Assembly: GCF_001194135.2 (NCBI RefSeq)
Contig: NC_068990.1
Coordinates: forward strand, 63,333,435-63,397,434
From: Octopus bimaculoides
Lineage: Eukaryota
Direction of reading: 5' to 3'
Length of the DNA stretch: 64,000 bases
The notes under the pieces are model-generated. The model did no database searches, had not been told where the DNA came from, and was given only the letters and a program-made list of their open reading frames with translations. Below, piece by piece: positions 63,171 through 64,000 of the stretch. The translations under genes and the position numbers were made by a program. Position 1 is the stretch's first letter; each line of letters begins with the position of its first letter.

Positions 63171-63965
63171 AGTTTCACTTCAACATTAAGATTTCATATG
63201 CGTCAAAATATTTTCTTCGCTTTGAAACCGCGACCTGTTCACTGACAAAACTTCGCAAAAGTAATGCAGCACGTAGTTTTGTCAGTGAACAGCAAATACA
63301 CGCACACATACACACGCACACACGTACATTCATTGCCTTTCATTTGTGTGTATGTGTCTGCGCGAGTGTGTCACTGTTGAAGTCGCTCATGCATCTTGTT
63401 TGTGTATATATTGCCTTAGTGGTACAGAGTGTTTGGAAACTGAGAATAAGGTGGAAGTTTTGAGTACTTGTCGGTAACTTTTTTCTCCTTGTCTTCTAAT
63501 AGTAACTATCCAATTTTCTAGGCTCTTCTCACATCTATCCTGCGTTCAATAATAATACGGATATTTTTTAAAAAAATCATTCAATAAATAATGTTTTTAC
63601 ATTACGTATACATTAACAGAATAAACTATCGGTTTTCCAAATAACGAATTAAAACTTAAAGGAGAAAGTGAGAGACTTTGCAAATGAGAATGGAATACTC
63701 CGCAGTGAACGCAATGAATATCTAAATTAATGAATTGGACACAGTGAATGGCAATGAATATTTAAATTTGCCAGAAATTGGAGTTTAAAAAATTCAAGAA
63801 ACTTGAGAAATCGAAATTATAGAAAATTTCTTAGAACATGATTTTTTAAAAATATTTCCAGACGGTCAACCCATTAACAATTGCTTTCTTTTAGTACTTT
63901 TAGTAATTGTTACATACCTAATTAATAAGCAGCTTTCTCCATCATAGTATGCATATATATATCTA

Positions 63966-64000
<35 letters not shown>

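Overview
AT-rich, gap-ridden eukaryotic DNA. The repeat families look like those of octopus, so this is probably a short-read Octopus assembly (inferred from repeat families, not verified). Nearly all ORFs in the supplied track are artefacts of N-gaps or microsatellites, and no host protein-coding gene can be supported. The window is a transposable-element graveyard. It holds fragments of several retroelement lineages: CR1-like, R4/Dong-like (x2), HERO-like, Tx1/L1-like (ORF1 zinc knuckle and RT pieces), RTE-like and Penelope-like. It also holds mariner-type remnants, a probable MITE, about 25 copies of several tRNA-derived SINE families (several with clear target-site duplications), and many microsatellites. 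The most interesting signals are: a hammerhead-ribozyme fold in a short non-coding element (46461-46506); a chimeric SINE bounded by one TSD (21884-22357); a dimeric SINE that moves as a unit, plus a stack with three TSD-like copies (12198-14152); near-identical inverted SINE pairs that could form ADAR substrates; a SINE family that carries an internal microsatellite; and several near-perfect hairpins. I found no convincing evidence of a wholly new multi-gene system. All family assignments come from motif recognition by eye and need database confirmation.
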